Notes: a model not told the origin generated them from the letters alone. A DNA stretch of 63,044 nucleotides, filler included, from Sphacelaria rigidula (GCA_964200075.2; 8 parts of 8 records of this genome joined end to end with filler, not necessarily neighbours in it), one strand, 5' to 3'; counted from the whole stretch's first letter, positions 12,400-25,997 are shown. Program-made: numbers and translations.

Positions 12400-15300
12400 A
12401 TGGCGGCGTTAACCGATGTGTTGGTGCGAGAAAAATGTGGGTATTGCCACGACTCGTTGTCGTTGAAGGGCCGAGGTAGTCAGAGGACACGAGGGTGTCA
12501 TGGGGCACTGCGGAGTCCCGTGGAAATGACAGGCCACCATACTGTCTATGGGGAAGTCTTCCGGGCTTGGTACCTGAAGCATCTCCGAATCCAACATGGG
12601 TGGGGGCTTCTGTGCCAATCCACCAGTAAAAGCGTTCAAGTGGCACTAAGGTGCACGTGACACGAAGGTGGCACGACATATCAGTGTGGCAACCTTTCAT
12701 AACCCAAGGAAGCATTAACAATAGAGCGCATGTGCATGTGGGTTCTTCAGTTGCGCGTGGCGTCCAGTGATCGCAGCCGAAAATGAGCCGGGCGAGGGCG
12801 TGCTGCGGCGAACCAGCAAGTGTTCGTCGGCATCTTGAATGGTGCCTTTATGCACGAGTGCGTAGTCTATACCTCAGAGGTTTTCGGTACTAACCGGGAC
12901 TAGGTAAGAAAGCTGAAAATAATACTAAATGACTGCGTGGCATAATAATGGTTCCGCTTGTTGCTCAACAGCCCAATTGCAATGGGAGTAACGGACGAAA
13001 AACTCGCACAGTTGGTTTTCCGCTGGAGAGCCGAGCAAAACATGGTGGAGCAGGAAGCAGCAGAATAGGCAACTGGGCAGAGATTTCAACGTCAACATGC
13101 ATGTTGCGATCAGGATCGGGGTCATCAACTTCATTCAGAAGAGGGATTGGAGTTGGCGGCGCCGCAGGAGGCAACATTGTCGTAGTAGCGCGTGACGGGG
13201 ATCGTGCTCGACGCGCGTTGCGCGTATTGCACGTTGCAGTGGTTGCTATGAGACGCTACGTGCAGTTTCGTGGGGCGAGCGCTGTGCAGCTCACAGGAGT
13301 TTGTCGGTGGCGACGGGGCACGAGGAGATTGGTGTGAGTGGCAGCCCGGGAGAGCGTATTGTCGGAAGTTAGATGAATAACCGAGGGTGGGTGACATGAA
13401 CAACTCCCGCGAGGACCAAAATTGCGTAAATCGACAAAATCGGCAGTTGTGGGCATTAGCCCACCCAAGACGGCATCATATCGCAGGGGACGAGCACCTC
13501 TCATGTGCATTCCCGTATCTTGGTATCGAAGGTCAAAAGCGTAGACGGGTGCGTAGTAAAACGCCGAATGAGGGTAAAACCTTCGATTCATCACGTTCAG
13601 CAAGTCGGAAAGCTGAGCTCGAATCCGCTGTCGTTCATGAGAAGGGGCGTCAGGAGAGAAGATCAGCAATCTCGTTGTTTTTGCCTGGACGGTATTTAAT
13701 GATACACTGGTAAGCTGTCAGGAACTCCAACCAGCTCTGTACACGCGGACTATGTTCGCCACCCTTGGCGAGTTGCTCGAGCACCTCATAAGCCTAGGCG
13801 TTAGCTTCGTATGCACGTTTTTTGTTAATCAATGCTCAATTTGTTTTTAATGATTTGTCGCCTTGTTTTAAGCCCCACTTTATGCGCCTACTTCGCGTCC
13901 TTGTTGTGGCGTTGTGGCAGTATCCCCTCACGAGGCGAGCCTTCTAGCACGAGGAGAGGGCGACAATCTGGGTATTCAAGGTTCAAAAAAGAGAAAATGA
14001 GAAATACACATTTTCTTTGATAATTGATCGTTTCCGGATCAGACCCGCAACCATGGCAGTTTTGAGTATTGAAGCCTGTCTGTTGACGGGTGACGAGTCA
14101 TGCCATAGGCCATAAGGGGCACTTTCAGACAGCTACTGCAATGACTGGAGGAGACGCATAAAAAATTATCGCAAATTTATGCTCGTTTCAAGCACATTAT
14201 AAGCTTGTCAGAAATTTTAAGCTCGCCTTAGGTTTGAAAAATATATATTTGTTAAGCCCCCCCCCCCAAAAAAACAAGAACTAAACCTTATGCGCGCAGT
14301 CGAATCTAAAGCCTACATAAGCCGTGTAGTTTCGGAAGGGCACGTAGAAGAAATAATGACGAAAGGTGCTTGATGGCTCCGGTGATTATCCTGCCTTCCG
14401 ACTCTGGTGGCTTCCACTCGCACTCGTTGGTCGGGGTGGGGCAGCTGATATAAAGTATGGAGAAAATGGAGCCATCTAGTTGAGGTTGATATATTACCAC
14501 ACTACATCCACCTTCGCTGGCGTCCGCGTGCAAATGAAAGGGGCGAGAGCCGTGTTGTGCTGCAGCCCAGTCTGAAAAACAGAGTATCGATTTTCGGTGA
14601 GCGTTTCCAACAATCCATGAACGATAGTTATATCTCGGTGGTAAAAACAAGCGCGGCACCTTTTCTCCGTGACGCTAAAAGGTGGCAGATCAGTGTTGAC
14701 AAATTTGGTGAAAACGTGAGATAGCGGGAGAGTATGTCGAGCAGCGAACGAAGTTCAGAAATCGTGGTGGGCATCGGTGAGGCAGCCACTGCCCTGACTT
14801 TGTTGGTATCCGGATACAGGCCTTCCGGCGAAGTGGAATGTTTCAGACAATCCAAGTCAGCCGCGCCAAGACGGGCTTCGGTTAGGGACAGATTCAAATC
14901 GTGCGCTCGTCGACGAGAAAGAAATTCTCGCGGTGTGTACATATGCAAAGTGGGCGAATTATCGAAAGCGATAGCGTCATCCAAATACATTTCGATGTGG
15001 CCGAGGCTTTCTGTGATGCGTCGCATTAAGCGTTCCAAGATTGCCTGCGGCGGTGGTGGCGCCTCGTGGCATACAAAGTTATTATTCTTAGAATCCGAAC
15101 AAAGTTTTAGCTGCCGTGAGGGGGACTGTGTCAGGGTGAACATATTTCTGTAAAAATTCAGAAGCAAGCTCCGAGGTACTCAATATTTTCCTCGGCCTTA
15201 GGGGTCGAGAATATCGTCGATGCGAGGGATCGAAAGTTCACCAACGACATTGACGTGATTCAACCACTCATACTTCACCGTGATACATATGTTACCGTCC

Positions 15301-15689
15301 CTATGGGGGACGATCACAAGTGGCGAAGCCCAAGGATAAGAGGACTGTCGTAATTAGCCAGCTCCCAGCTCTGCATCCAAGATAGGCGCTTCCTTTTGCG
15401 GTAAGGACTGAGTTTGCCCGGTATGGTCGAAACGATGTCGGCGAAGCGCAAGGTTGAAGGGTAGCCTCGAAAGGCAGGGTTTTGCAATGTCCAAGATCCG
15501 TTTTGGATCGAGAAGCCCAGTCTCGGTACTGTTGTGGCAGGATACCACTTAATTCTTGGATGACAGCTGGTTCACACCTGGGTCCATGGAGACTGAAGTT
15601 GATGTTACGCAAGACACCTTCTACGATACCCCCAAAAAATATATATCCTGGTCCGGCGAGAACCAGCTGTCATCCAAGAATTAAGTGGT
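12400..15689 (-). mobile_element. Decayed Ty3/Gypsy pol (RT-RNase H-linker-partial integrase)
   Basis: RT with YLDD (14628-15167); RNase H HADAS and PRVQSWLEFLTAYQCIIKYRPGKNNEIADLLS (~13655-13760); integrase PWVMKGCH..SCHL..ERFYWWIG and DYLGP..RGN (12400-12721); many stops and frameshifts. Confidence 0.9.
13795..14315. mobile_element. hAT-like MITE inserted in Gypsy RNase H
   Basis: Perfect 8-bp TSD CATAAGCC (13787-13794 and 14316-14323); TIR TAGGC(G/T)TTAG(C/A)TTCG; excision restores the PFRNYTAYEVLEQL reading. Confidence 0.88.
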
Positions 15690-16684
15690 NNNNNNNNNNN
15701 NNNNNNNNNNNNNNNNNNNNNNNNNNNNNNNNNTTAATTAATTAANNNNNNNNNNNNNNNNNNNNNNNNNNNNNNNNNNNNNNNNNNNNTAGGATGACAG
15801 CCAACAATGAGTTGCTATATATTCTGTGGTATCGCCACTTCCAGAGACAGCCACGGCCTATACACGTAACATTGTCTTTCAGCCACAGCGGCACATGAGA
15901 AGGGTGCTCAACCCCCCTACGCGTAACATTTCGAAACCTTGTCTGCTCACTGTTGTGGTCGATTTTGACAGTATGGTCAAAGACGTGCGCGCGTACGCCT
16001 GTTCGATTTGGATTAACACAAATAGTGGAAAGCTTTTTTTTTCTTCTCTGGCACAACCAACGGGTGATGAATTTGAAGAGGCATGGCACAAGTTTGGCGT
16101 TGGGTGGTGGAATTTGACTACTCTACTCTCATCTTCCTTTCTGCTGCTCTCGTCCTCTTGTTGCTCCTTATTTTTACGCGACATCCTTTGAAAAAAGTGA
16201 TGATCGTTTCCGAATATATATACATACATAATACAACAGTTACGTTTTGGCGCATATTGCATCCCTGAAGACAGGTGCACTTTGTCACTTTGGCGGTATT
16301 TCTTCACTTGATTTTGTACTATATATCTTCGGGGACCATTTTATTCTCTGAAGCTCTGAGAAGTCAGCATTCCTTCTTTACTTGATTTTAGAGTACATTT
16401 TCCCGCTGATTATACGTATCAGCCTCTTCGCTTGCGGTTCGCTGGGCATAGGGGTGTGTCCCGGCCCTGCTTGGATTTGGAGTGCGTACGCTTTCCGCCC
16501 AGTGTTTTGCATGGCGTTGACGTTGCGATGGGTTCCGTTTGATGCATTTCTTCACCGGCGTGTCGGTGGCCCCTTTGCCCGTCCGAGGTGCGACCTCTCG
16601 AGCGCACAGTCCGTATTCACTCGTGGAATCGGCATCGTTTTCCCTTGGAAATGGAATCGGTATCATGCTTAGTTGAACAGTTAA

Positions 16685-16782
16685 CCCTTAGACCGCGAGA
16701 TTAGTCTTTCTGGAGCATGCATGCTTTTTTTCACTTGAAATTGATGCCGGTTTAACAGAAGACTAACCTCGCGGTCTAAGGG
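16685..16782. mobile_element. piggyBac-like MITE (98 bp)
   Basis: TTAA|CCCTTAGACCGCGAG...CTCGCGGTCTAAGGG|TTGA. Confidence 0.75.
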
Positions 16783-18562
16783 TTGAATCGGAACTGGGCG
16801 AAACTGCACTGTGCCATAGCTCTCCGTTCACTTTTCGGGGCACACCTCGAAAATGTTGTGATCTTGCCCGCATGTCGCATTGTCTCGACTGTACTTCCCC
16901 TTCACTGTCTCTGGATTGCTGTTGCAGCTGCTGCTGCTATTCTACCGTACATTACATTCTATTTTTTGGAATGAGGTGCTAAAAAAAACAACGGCTTCTA
17001 TTTTTCGGATCATTTCTCATTGGGTTCTGAACAGATTTGCGCGACATGGTAACTCTTCGACCGCGACTATGGATAGTCTGTGGAATCAGCATCAGTTGTA
17101 CTTCAAAAATCACTGCATGACCTGATCTACCCTCGAGCTCTAGCTCCAAGGGAGAAGAACGTTCATAGCTGATCAGCAACTGCGGCGTTCCTTCGAAGTA
17201 TGACCTGTGCCACTACCCACGCACATATCACCGGTTCGCGCGCAAGTCATCGTCTCTCCTTTATCCTTTTTTTCCGTACTGTAGCCGCTGTCTGCCGCAC
17301 GGCTAAACACGACGCGTTTTCTGTCTCCAGTCAGGGCTGCACTTTCTTTTCTGCTGAAATGGCATCATGTTTATTTGACAATCGTAAGACACGAAATCAA
17401 CCATGATGCTCCGTCTTTACTTGATTTTACAGTACAGTACACGTTTTCGCTGATACCCCTTCGCTTGCATTTCGCTGGACATTAGGGTGCGTTCTGTCTC
17501 TGCGTGGGTGTAGACTACATTTGCTTTCTGCACTGTGTCCTGCATGACCTTAGGGCTGTGTTCTACATGACATCAGGGTTTGGTGGGTTGCCTGCGTTTC
17601 CTGCCTACCCCTTAGTGGACTCTTCGACCGTCAGGGGTACCATCATCCATCTCGATCGCGCATCGGTGGAATCGGCATCGATTTCACGTGAAAATACAGA
17701 ATCGGCATTATATTTATTTGACTAAAAGATTGAGTAGACATCTTGAGTGCCGCTACGCACTCAATTATCGCCGGTTCTCGCGCGTCTCACACGAATCATC
17801 ATTTCTCATCGAATTTCGAACAGATTCATGCACGGTCACGCACAGCTCAGGTGATGAGCAGCTACGGCTCGACCTGTGTGTGTGTGTTTTTTTTTTCTGT
17901 TTTTGCGCGAGATCCCGAGGCTCACCCTCTCCTGGAGTTGGGTTGTTTATCAAGCGCCAAGCCTTTGCACGTGTCCCTGTGAACGGAACACCTATGTTCT
18001 TTCTCTTTGAACTACGAACGGGAAAAAAAAAACACTTTTGGAATCGGCATCATGTTCAAAACTTAATATTCACGCACATGCTCAACTGGTGAGCGGCTAT
18101 GGCTTGCTCTCCGAACTATGGCCTTCGCCATCGCGCAACGCACACAGCTATCACTGGTGCTCATGTATCTTGGCTGTCGATCCACTGATTGTGGCGGCGA
18201 AGCCGCCAAAATGCTCGTATAAATATATTCTGTCCATCTTTCATGTTTGCCCACGACGCTGAACCTATCGTATGGAAGCTCAAAGATTTAAGCGGGCGGG
18301 CAAGAATGGTTGGAGGGCATGCCGCTGGTGTAGTTGTGCGTACCAAGTGATATCCGTTTTTGTGTTGCTGTTCTTGCTCTTTGCATATTTTTAATTTCCC
18401 CAGGTGCATTGCGTCGCTCCTGCCTGCCTGTCTGTGTGTCTGTGTGTTTGTGTGGTCTTGTCTACGTTGTCTTGTCTTGTCTGTCTTGCCTGTCTACCCT
18501 GTCTTCCTCTACCTATATCTTTATCTCTGCGACTGTTTTCGTCTGTTCTCGGTCTTGAGTAG

Positions 18563-18643
18563 ACCAGCGCCTCCGGCGAAAAAAACGAAGGCAGCGACGA
18601 CGCGGAGGCGGGGTGGGCAGAGCTCATCAGCGTACTGAACGCG
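18563..18643 (+). CDS. Possible internal exon of an unidentified gene
   Basis: 81 bp, phase 0-0, after a long pyrimidine tract; encodes TSASGEKNEGSDDAEAGWAELISVLNA; no recognisable domain. Confidence 0.25.
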
Positions 18644-21469
18644 GTGGGTATTGGTTCAGCCAAGACGAAGTGAAGGGGGATGATCAGGACGTAGACACCG
18701 CGCCATGCTTTCGTCATAACCTTATCGAAACAATACGCATCTGCATCAGCATGGACGGACACGCGCACCAGCTGTGAGGAATCATCAGCATATCACGCTT
18801 CTACAACGGGATGTAGTCATGTACATGTATACATGTATAAATGTATCATGGCAGCTCCTTTTTTCATTAAAGTACAAATGTTTTGTAATGTCCTCGTTTT
18901 GTTTTGCTTTGTTTTGCCTGTTTTTGCCAAGGATGAAGGGCAACCAAAGAGTGGTAACTATGAATGATTCGCATGTATACATGAGTGCTTTTGATCAGTT
19001 TGCGTGTGCCTTTCTCCCCTCCCCCAAGAGTTTTTCGTATTTGTTTTTTTCCGCGCTGTCTGTTCCACTTTGTTTGTTATTCGAAAAACATTAAACCAGA
19101 CTTGACTGTGAGGGCTACACCCCCAATCAACGATTTTTTTTTGTTTTGGGTTTGCCACATGTTCTTACTTTCACATGAAGAGGGGGAGAGAGAGAGCCAA
19201 AGGTCTTTGTACATGTCGTATTTCCTCCTGGACAGAGACGGGGCCTTGCGGGGAGGGGGCAGAATGGGAAGGAGGGGGGGGGTATCCCGCACGATTATGC
19301 TGTAAGAACTGACTTGACCTCCCATTGGCAATTGGGTACAAGGTTCAGTGTCGGCCACGAGCGGAATCTTTACTTTTTTCTGATCACGCATCTTGGTGTA
19401 TCTCGCACATGAACAGCAGCGTTTCCGGATGCCCATGAATGGATGCGTACTGTACTTTTGATTGTCGACCCACATGAAGTTTTTCGATGTTTGTTTCGGC
19501 GCACAGCAGCATCGCTGAACGTTTATGCATTTGATCTTCTTTTTAGCGCGCTGGATTCATCGAAGCTAATTTCAATCAATACAATCAAGCAAGCAACAAG
19601 CAAGCGATGGTTACAAATTATGGCGGAAAGCAAGCGAGCGTAATTTATCGCTGTCGTTGGCTAGGCCGGTGTTTTCGACGTTTTTACGCTGAGAGAGGGC
19701 AAGCGCTCGACGGAGGGTTGTCCGTGTGGCAGTAGTGGAGGGACAGGAGCGGGTGAGGATCGTGTCGTGTAAAAGTCGATGTTTCAAACGTGCTTGTACT
19801 CGCGAGCCGTTTGTTTGGACCCTTCCGGGCTTTTGTGTACATTGGAGGACTGTAGTAACGCCATGACGGTAGCGCCAGTAGTAGATGGGATTTTACCGTG
19901 GCCGACAACAATGGTCACATCGGATCGACGAAAATATCCAAGCGCGACTTTCCCATTAATTACGGCAAGCCGCCAGCGGGAACGGGATCGTGAGCAATGC
20001 TACGGTAGAGGTGCACTTTTTGCGCAAAAGCTTGTCTGGTTCAGGGGCCTGTAACCATTCTCTATGTACACGAATATGGGTCAGGGCATCCCCGTTTGAA
20101 GATCCATTCGGGATATCCCTAGCGCGTTGGAATAGTAATCCTGGCGTATTATCACATTCTCACAAGTCGTGTTTTTGATGAGAAAAAGGTTCATAACAAT
20201 TCTCACCTCATAAAATATTTGTGCACCCCTACCGTAGCATCACTTTCTTGTAGCAGCGCCGAGCCTTGTGTGGAAACCATCGAATTTGCTTGTTTTTGGT
20301 CACCCTGGGTCGTGTATTCCGTATCCTACGGCATCAGCATTCTCAGTAACAGGATACATTCACAACGGGGTGCGTGTGATTACGAGTGTACATGTACCGA
20401 GTGAGATTGGTTCTGAAAGTCTTTTGGGACTAGCATCGTAGCCTGGGTAACCGGGTTTATTTTGCATGACCGAGTATCAGGGGGATAACTGAAATACTGG
20501 AGCCGCATCTGCACCGTATATTAATGTCCCGTGATAACCTTTGATTTTATTGATTCGAGGTCGGCTGAAAAGCATGTGCCGACGAAAATAAACAATGGGG
20601 ATATAGCAATGTATTCTGCTGTACTTGGACAAGGAAACCAACATTTTGTATAGAGCTAAACAAAACTTGCCGAATATCGGAGGGGGGGGGGGAGGGGGGG
20701 GAGGTGTAGTCATGATTTTGTGTGCCGTACCGTATTCATCAGACCGCTGACCGTATCCCGGGGGCGGTGGTACCAACCGGATGTGCGGGAAGAATGGGTG
20801 AAATATGCACGCCACGCCACTCTCGTGATTTATCAAGAAACTGCTGACATATTTACGTTGTTGTTTTTTTCCAAGGTTTTTTCGTGTCGCAGAAAACAAG
20901 GTGTCAGTTGGTGTTTGGTCGTGATTCCTCCCTACACGTACCACATATCACGTACTAGAGCAGAGTATTGAGAAGGGTATGGTCTACGCTGCTTGAGATC
21001 AGTTTCGTCGTGTTCCTTTTTCCAACAGTACTATTGCGGTAGCATGAATAGTTGTCTGTATAGAATACCAGCATTTGAGGACGTGGAGGCCGGGGAGAAG
21101 AAGCTCTCCGATTTTTTTGGATACCGTGCACACAGCAGCCGGCAATATTAGAACCTGTTTCTGGTTGTCGAGCGTTATTTTCAGGTCTCATCGTGGGTAC
21201 GGTTAGTCATCACGGTGGACGTTTGGCCACAACATTTTCTCTGTCTTGCAATATCCTGCAAGCTTCATCTAGAATATGGATATCCACTTTGATTCATCCT
21301 GGATTGTCGATCTTCGTTTCGGATAATAGTTCAGGACATCTGCCTAGAACTCGACCATATATTGCCGTTGCGCTATTGCGGTTCAACTGGTACAGTAGTT
21401 CACGTCTGAGATAGGAATCTTTATTAGTGTTTTCGTCGTGGGGCATAATCGGAAGTGGTTCGCGTGTTG

Positions 21470-22270
21470 CGACCGCTCATCCTAGTGAACGTTTGATCCC
21501 AAAGTTTGGGGATCAGGAGATACTAGGCATCCCCTCCACATTCCGAAATAAGATCACCTCTGCGCTCATTATTGAACGACTTACGGGCTTATCGGTTTTC
21601 GGAGGTCCTGAGAGTACCCAGCCTCTGGTTCTGCCCTTCGAGTACTTTTGCTCGACTGAAGCAATCCCAATCGTTTTCGTGAACAAATGAAAAGGATTGA
21701 GTATTCCAACTTCTGCCTATTTATTGCGCTAGAGCCGAAAAACTGTGTTTTCTGGATCAGTGACGGTCGATAACACCCCCTGGTGAACAAGGTACTTACT
21801 TTGTATCACCCCGATAACATCAATTGAAGATTGTGTTCCGAGCTCGAACTTCTTCTCCTCCCAATATCTGCCGATTATAGGACCTTCAAGCGCCAAGGAC
21901 GGATGTTGCACGAGATAATTCAGAGGAGTACCCGAAAACGAGAATTGCCCAGCCGAACTCTGAATAGCACAGGCAGGGGTGAACCAACTCCGATCACTCT
22001 CATGAATGATTTCACGAACCTCTCATTTTTTTCTATTATTTTTACCCTGTCATGCGCTAGAGCCGAAAATAAATGTGTTATGAACCAAAAACGGTCAGTA
22101 GTACCCCCTTTCAATCCAGCGCGGAGGTCGTTCGACATTGAGCACAGAGACGGTTTTTGTTTCGGAATGTGTAGCGGATGCCTAATATCTCCCGACTCCC
22201 AAACGTTGAGATCAATCGCTCACGCGAAAAAAACACTGAAAATCGCCGACTGGGTATGAAAAAAATACAA
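21470..22270. mobile_element. Foldback element related to the interior of family C
   Basis: 21500-21590 is inverted at 22120-22230; GCGCTAGAGCCGAAAAACTGTG...GATAACACCCC is shared with 8670-8750. Confidence 0.6.
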
Positions 22271-22941
22271 AAATATCCTATTCCAGACGAAAACTACTGT
22301 GGATCTTCACACCTTTCGGGCGGAGTTGATGGTTCCAAATTCCAGCGGGTACTGCACTACAGCATCTTTCTCATAAGGAGTACCTGACTGCCGTCGTTGA
22401 AGTCGGGACGACGTACGAGGCAAGGGAATTCGCCGAATGTCGAAGCAGTGCGGGAGCGCTGGCCGTGATCTGATTCGCGGTACCAAAGTGTCACCCACAT
22501 ATATACCGGAGAAGGAAATGAGCTGATCCCTTGAAGTTGCGTATTCGTCCGGAGGAAGAGGAGGAGTGACGAATACTTCGTATGACGAAAACCAGTGTGG
22601 AATATGTATGGACATCCTTGTGGGATATACTTGTGGTACAGTAGTCAAACTTCGAATGTTTTTACTTGCAGCCTCTGCCAGACGATCTGGACGAGAGGAC
22701 TATCCACGAGGGACTCCTCCAGTAGCACTGGCCTCGTGCTCGACAAGTCCTTTCTCCTCACTTGTTATTGTCACAGAGAGATCCTCAACAGACGACATCA
22801 AGAGCCAGACAGCAAGGGGCCGCACAGATGAGGGTCATCAATCCAGGATCCCCTGTCCCGTGCCACTGCTCCAATCATGCATGCGGTTATACTGAAACCT
22901 ACCGCTTGGTATCATTTGGCTACAGCACCCCCGAAGCGAGT

Positions 22942-23583
22942 TCAAGACAAACGAACGGCTTCATCAGCAGGAGCCTCCTCCTCTTTGGCGCTCTGGAATG
23001 ACCGTGTGGATACGATCACACGCCTTGCAGCAGGATAGGTGGGATTTTCCACGCCGGTGTGCATCGGCACAACACGCGGACGTAACTTCTCCAACGCCAG
23101 CGGGTACAAATCAATCCCGAGCTCCTTCATCGTCGCCATCCCAAAGAGAACCACGTTGTCCCTACTGGGCATGACAGGGAAAGTAGTGGGCTGAAATTCC
23201 ACAGCCCCCCACGGCATACGCACGCTAGCAGTAATCGGCACCGTTTTGTGTGTAACCGCCACGGGAGCACCCGTGGCGGTCTGTGCCATTTACGGTCCGT
23301 TTTCGAACGGCACCTGAAGCTGAGCGCCGCCAAACTGCGAAGACATCTGTTCTAGCAACCTGTTCCCCACACCGATCGACGTGAGCGCGGACCCAGAATC
23401 CAGAATAACGCGGGTCATAAACGGACCTACAGAACCAGGCAAGGTTAAATCTGCGCGTAAGCATTCAGCCTTGCGATCGACAGGTACCACGCCTGCCGAA
23501 GAACCTACAGGGGGTGGCCACTGGGGTGCCTGCAACCTCAAATTTGGACGTTACAGACCTCGCACAAGGTCTGTGACGTAGAT
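22942..23583 (-). mobile_element. Ty3/Gypsy aspartic protease fragment (pseudogene)
   Basis: VILDSGSALTSI and downstream VLFGMATMKELGID; one in-frame TAA at 23290-23292. Confidence 0.85.
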
Positions 23584-24039
23584 NNNNNNNNNNNNNNNNN
23601 NNNNNNNNNNNNNNNNNNNNNNNNNNNTTAATTAATTAANNNNNNNNNNNNNNNNNNNNNNNNNNNNNNNNNNNNNNNNNNNNAAAAATGGCCCTGCAAG
23701 GTCGCGTTCTGAAAAAAAGTCTCTGGAGACTGACCAAAACGACTTTTCTCAGAGACATTTTTCAGTCTATGAGAAGTGGCCAAATGGGCGGAAACCCCTG
23801 CGCCAGTACAAGACACGCCGCCAAATGCGATTTATGCGAGTTCATCGAGTAGCAGACGAGATTTGTGAATGTGACTGCAAGCTGTAAGCAGAGCCGACCC
23901 ATTCTCATGGACATCCAGTGTAGCATGTCTCTGGATTTATTTGAGATTGTCTTTGCTTCCAACCTTTCCCAAGCTCTCAGCTACACATTTTTGTTTGCCG
24001 ATGTTGCGAGTACTTGAGCTCAATCTCACCTTCATTTTG

Positions 24040-25200
24040 ACTACCTGCCAGAGCGTTGGCCCCCACTATGTGAGCAAGACGTCATATTTCATTAGTTCCA
24101 CACGTAGGACAGCTCATGAGCTAGCTCATCTTATCTAAACGTGCGCTGGTGACTTACGAGTTGGTAGCTCACCCAGGGCAAATATGATCAGCTACGGGTT
24201 GACAGTTCACCCAGGGCAAACACGCATAGCTGATGCAGCTCTCATAGCTCACCCACGACGAGTCTGAGCTGGTGAGCTACGGTTGGTAGTTCATATATCG
24301 CAAACGTGCGTAGCTCGTACAGATTCCGTAGCTCACTCAGGGCGAATTTGGGCTGATGAGCTACGGGTTGATAGCTCACCAAGGGCAAACATGTGCAGCT
24401 CTCACAGCTCTCACAGCTCATCCAGGGAAAACATATGCGGATGAGCTACGCTCGATAGCTCACCCAAGGCAAATATGTGCAGCACACGCAGCTCTTGTAG
24501 CTCACTCGGGGAAACCATGAGCGGATGAGCTACCCCCGGTAGCTCACCCCGGGGACACATGGTCGTGGCTCACTCACGTCATCTGTCTAGCTCGCCGCTG
24601 GCCAACCGCGTGTCGCTTATGATGTAACATTCTTATTCGAACGGATGGCGCCACATATCATTAGGTTGTGATGTTTTGCTTCACTCTTTGCGATAGGAAT
24701 AAAATAAACCAACATATATCCTCGTTCGCATGGTTGGAGGGTTAAAACACGTATTGATATTCAGTGTCTACAATAATCGACCGATTCGTTTCTTTTGATC
24801 GGTTGGCCGCGAGGGTACGAGTCCATCTGGTCATGCTCACGTTTTTCAAGTAAAATTGGAGCCCATTCAACAGATGACTTATGCTCGCCGTCAAGGAGTT
24901 AGCCCTTTGACCGCGAGGGTAGGCGATCTGATAAATCAGCATAATTCACTGTATTTTTCGGGTGTCAATGATGCCGATTCAGATACCTCCTGCCCTCGCG
25001 GTCAACGGGATAAGCAATCGTAGCTCTCACAGCTCACCCAGGACGAATATGAGCTGATGAGCTACGAGTTAGTTGCTCATGTACGGTAAACATGCGTAGC
25101 TTATACAGCTCTCATAGCTCACCCCAGGAAAACAAGCGTAGCTCATGTAGCTCTCATAGCTCAAAAAGAGCTAGTTCGAGCTATGGGGAGCTGATCTGTC
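24040..25200 (+). repeat. Degenerate tandem array of ~85-bp AGCT-rich units, interrupted at ~24600-25020
   Basis: TGAGCTA-N7/8-TAGCTCA hairpin at ~24272, 24356, 24441, 24525 and 25057, each followed by a CCCAGGGCAAA-like sequence. Confidence 0.8.
24903..25009. mobile_element. piggyBac-like MITE
   Basis: TTAG|CCCTTTGACCGCGAGGG...CCCTCGCGGTCAACGGG|ATAA; internal GATGCCGATTC motif. Confidence 0.65.
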
Positions 25201-25863
25201 CGACGTGTGAATAGTTCATATTTGGCGGCGATTATTTCCCCGATGTTCAATGTGGAATCTACTTGTGTCCAATATCCAGTAGCCAAAATGAATAAAAACA
25301 AATCCTGGGACAATCGAATGAATTCATTCTCCACTGTTGAAAAATTTACCAAAATAGGGTTAACACCTACGATCCTAGCCGATGTCCTCACGGAGTCGAG
25401 GGTGCCATTGGATATACCTTGCTCTGTGAAAATGGTGTGCCTCTAATGCTCTATGCTGTCCCCCCCCAGAAGGAAAAGTCAGGAATGTTCTTGGAGGAGT
25501 ATTGATCATGCGTTATCGGGAAGCCCGAGTATTGACCGTGTGAGCGAATCGTCGATAAACAATCGATTTTTATGTATTCCACCACAAGAAACGATCGGCG
25601 AAGGATAGGCTTTTTCGGGCAGGGGAAAAATCTGCACACCATGATGATGTCGATCGCTGTGGATATCATGAAATCATCCACTCTCTGATTCATGACTGAC
25701 TATTTCCACCAAAAGTATGCGTGTATATTGCTCACCGCTCCGTCTCTTCCCTCGTATCCACGAAAATTCTAAAAAATAAGCTGAAAGAAAATACAAGTTA
25801 CTTACTTTCTATTATTTATTATCATGGCATTATTTCGCTCGTACGTTGCCGTGCAAAGCGCAG

Positions 25864-25997
25864 GCGGCGGAGCCGTTGTTCACCGCTCTATTCAGCGCGT
25901 TGTTAGCAAGTCAAGTATTCGCATGGCCGGTGTACGCGACGCTATTGCCGGTAGTCGGCGGCGTGGCGGTAGCGTCCATGAAGGAGCTCACATTCAA
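25864..25997 (+). CDS. Triose-phosphate/phosphate translocator family (plastidic phosphate translocator), first visible exon; gene is 5'-partial
   Basis: CAG|AAEPLFTALFSALLASQVFAWPVYATLLPVVGGVAVASMKELTF(N)|GTGAGT. Confidence 0.92.

Noticed and set aside
22566..22895. RING-like CGICMDIL start in a plus-strand ORF
   Set aside because: The remaining RING Cys/His ligands are absent.
24040..25200. CRISPR-like array of palindromic repeats
   Set aside because: The inter-hairpin segments are homologous to each other rather than unique spacers, the repeats are degenerate, the context is eukaryotic, and no cas genes are present.
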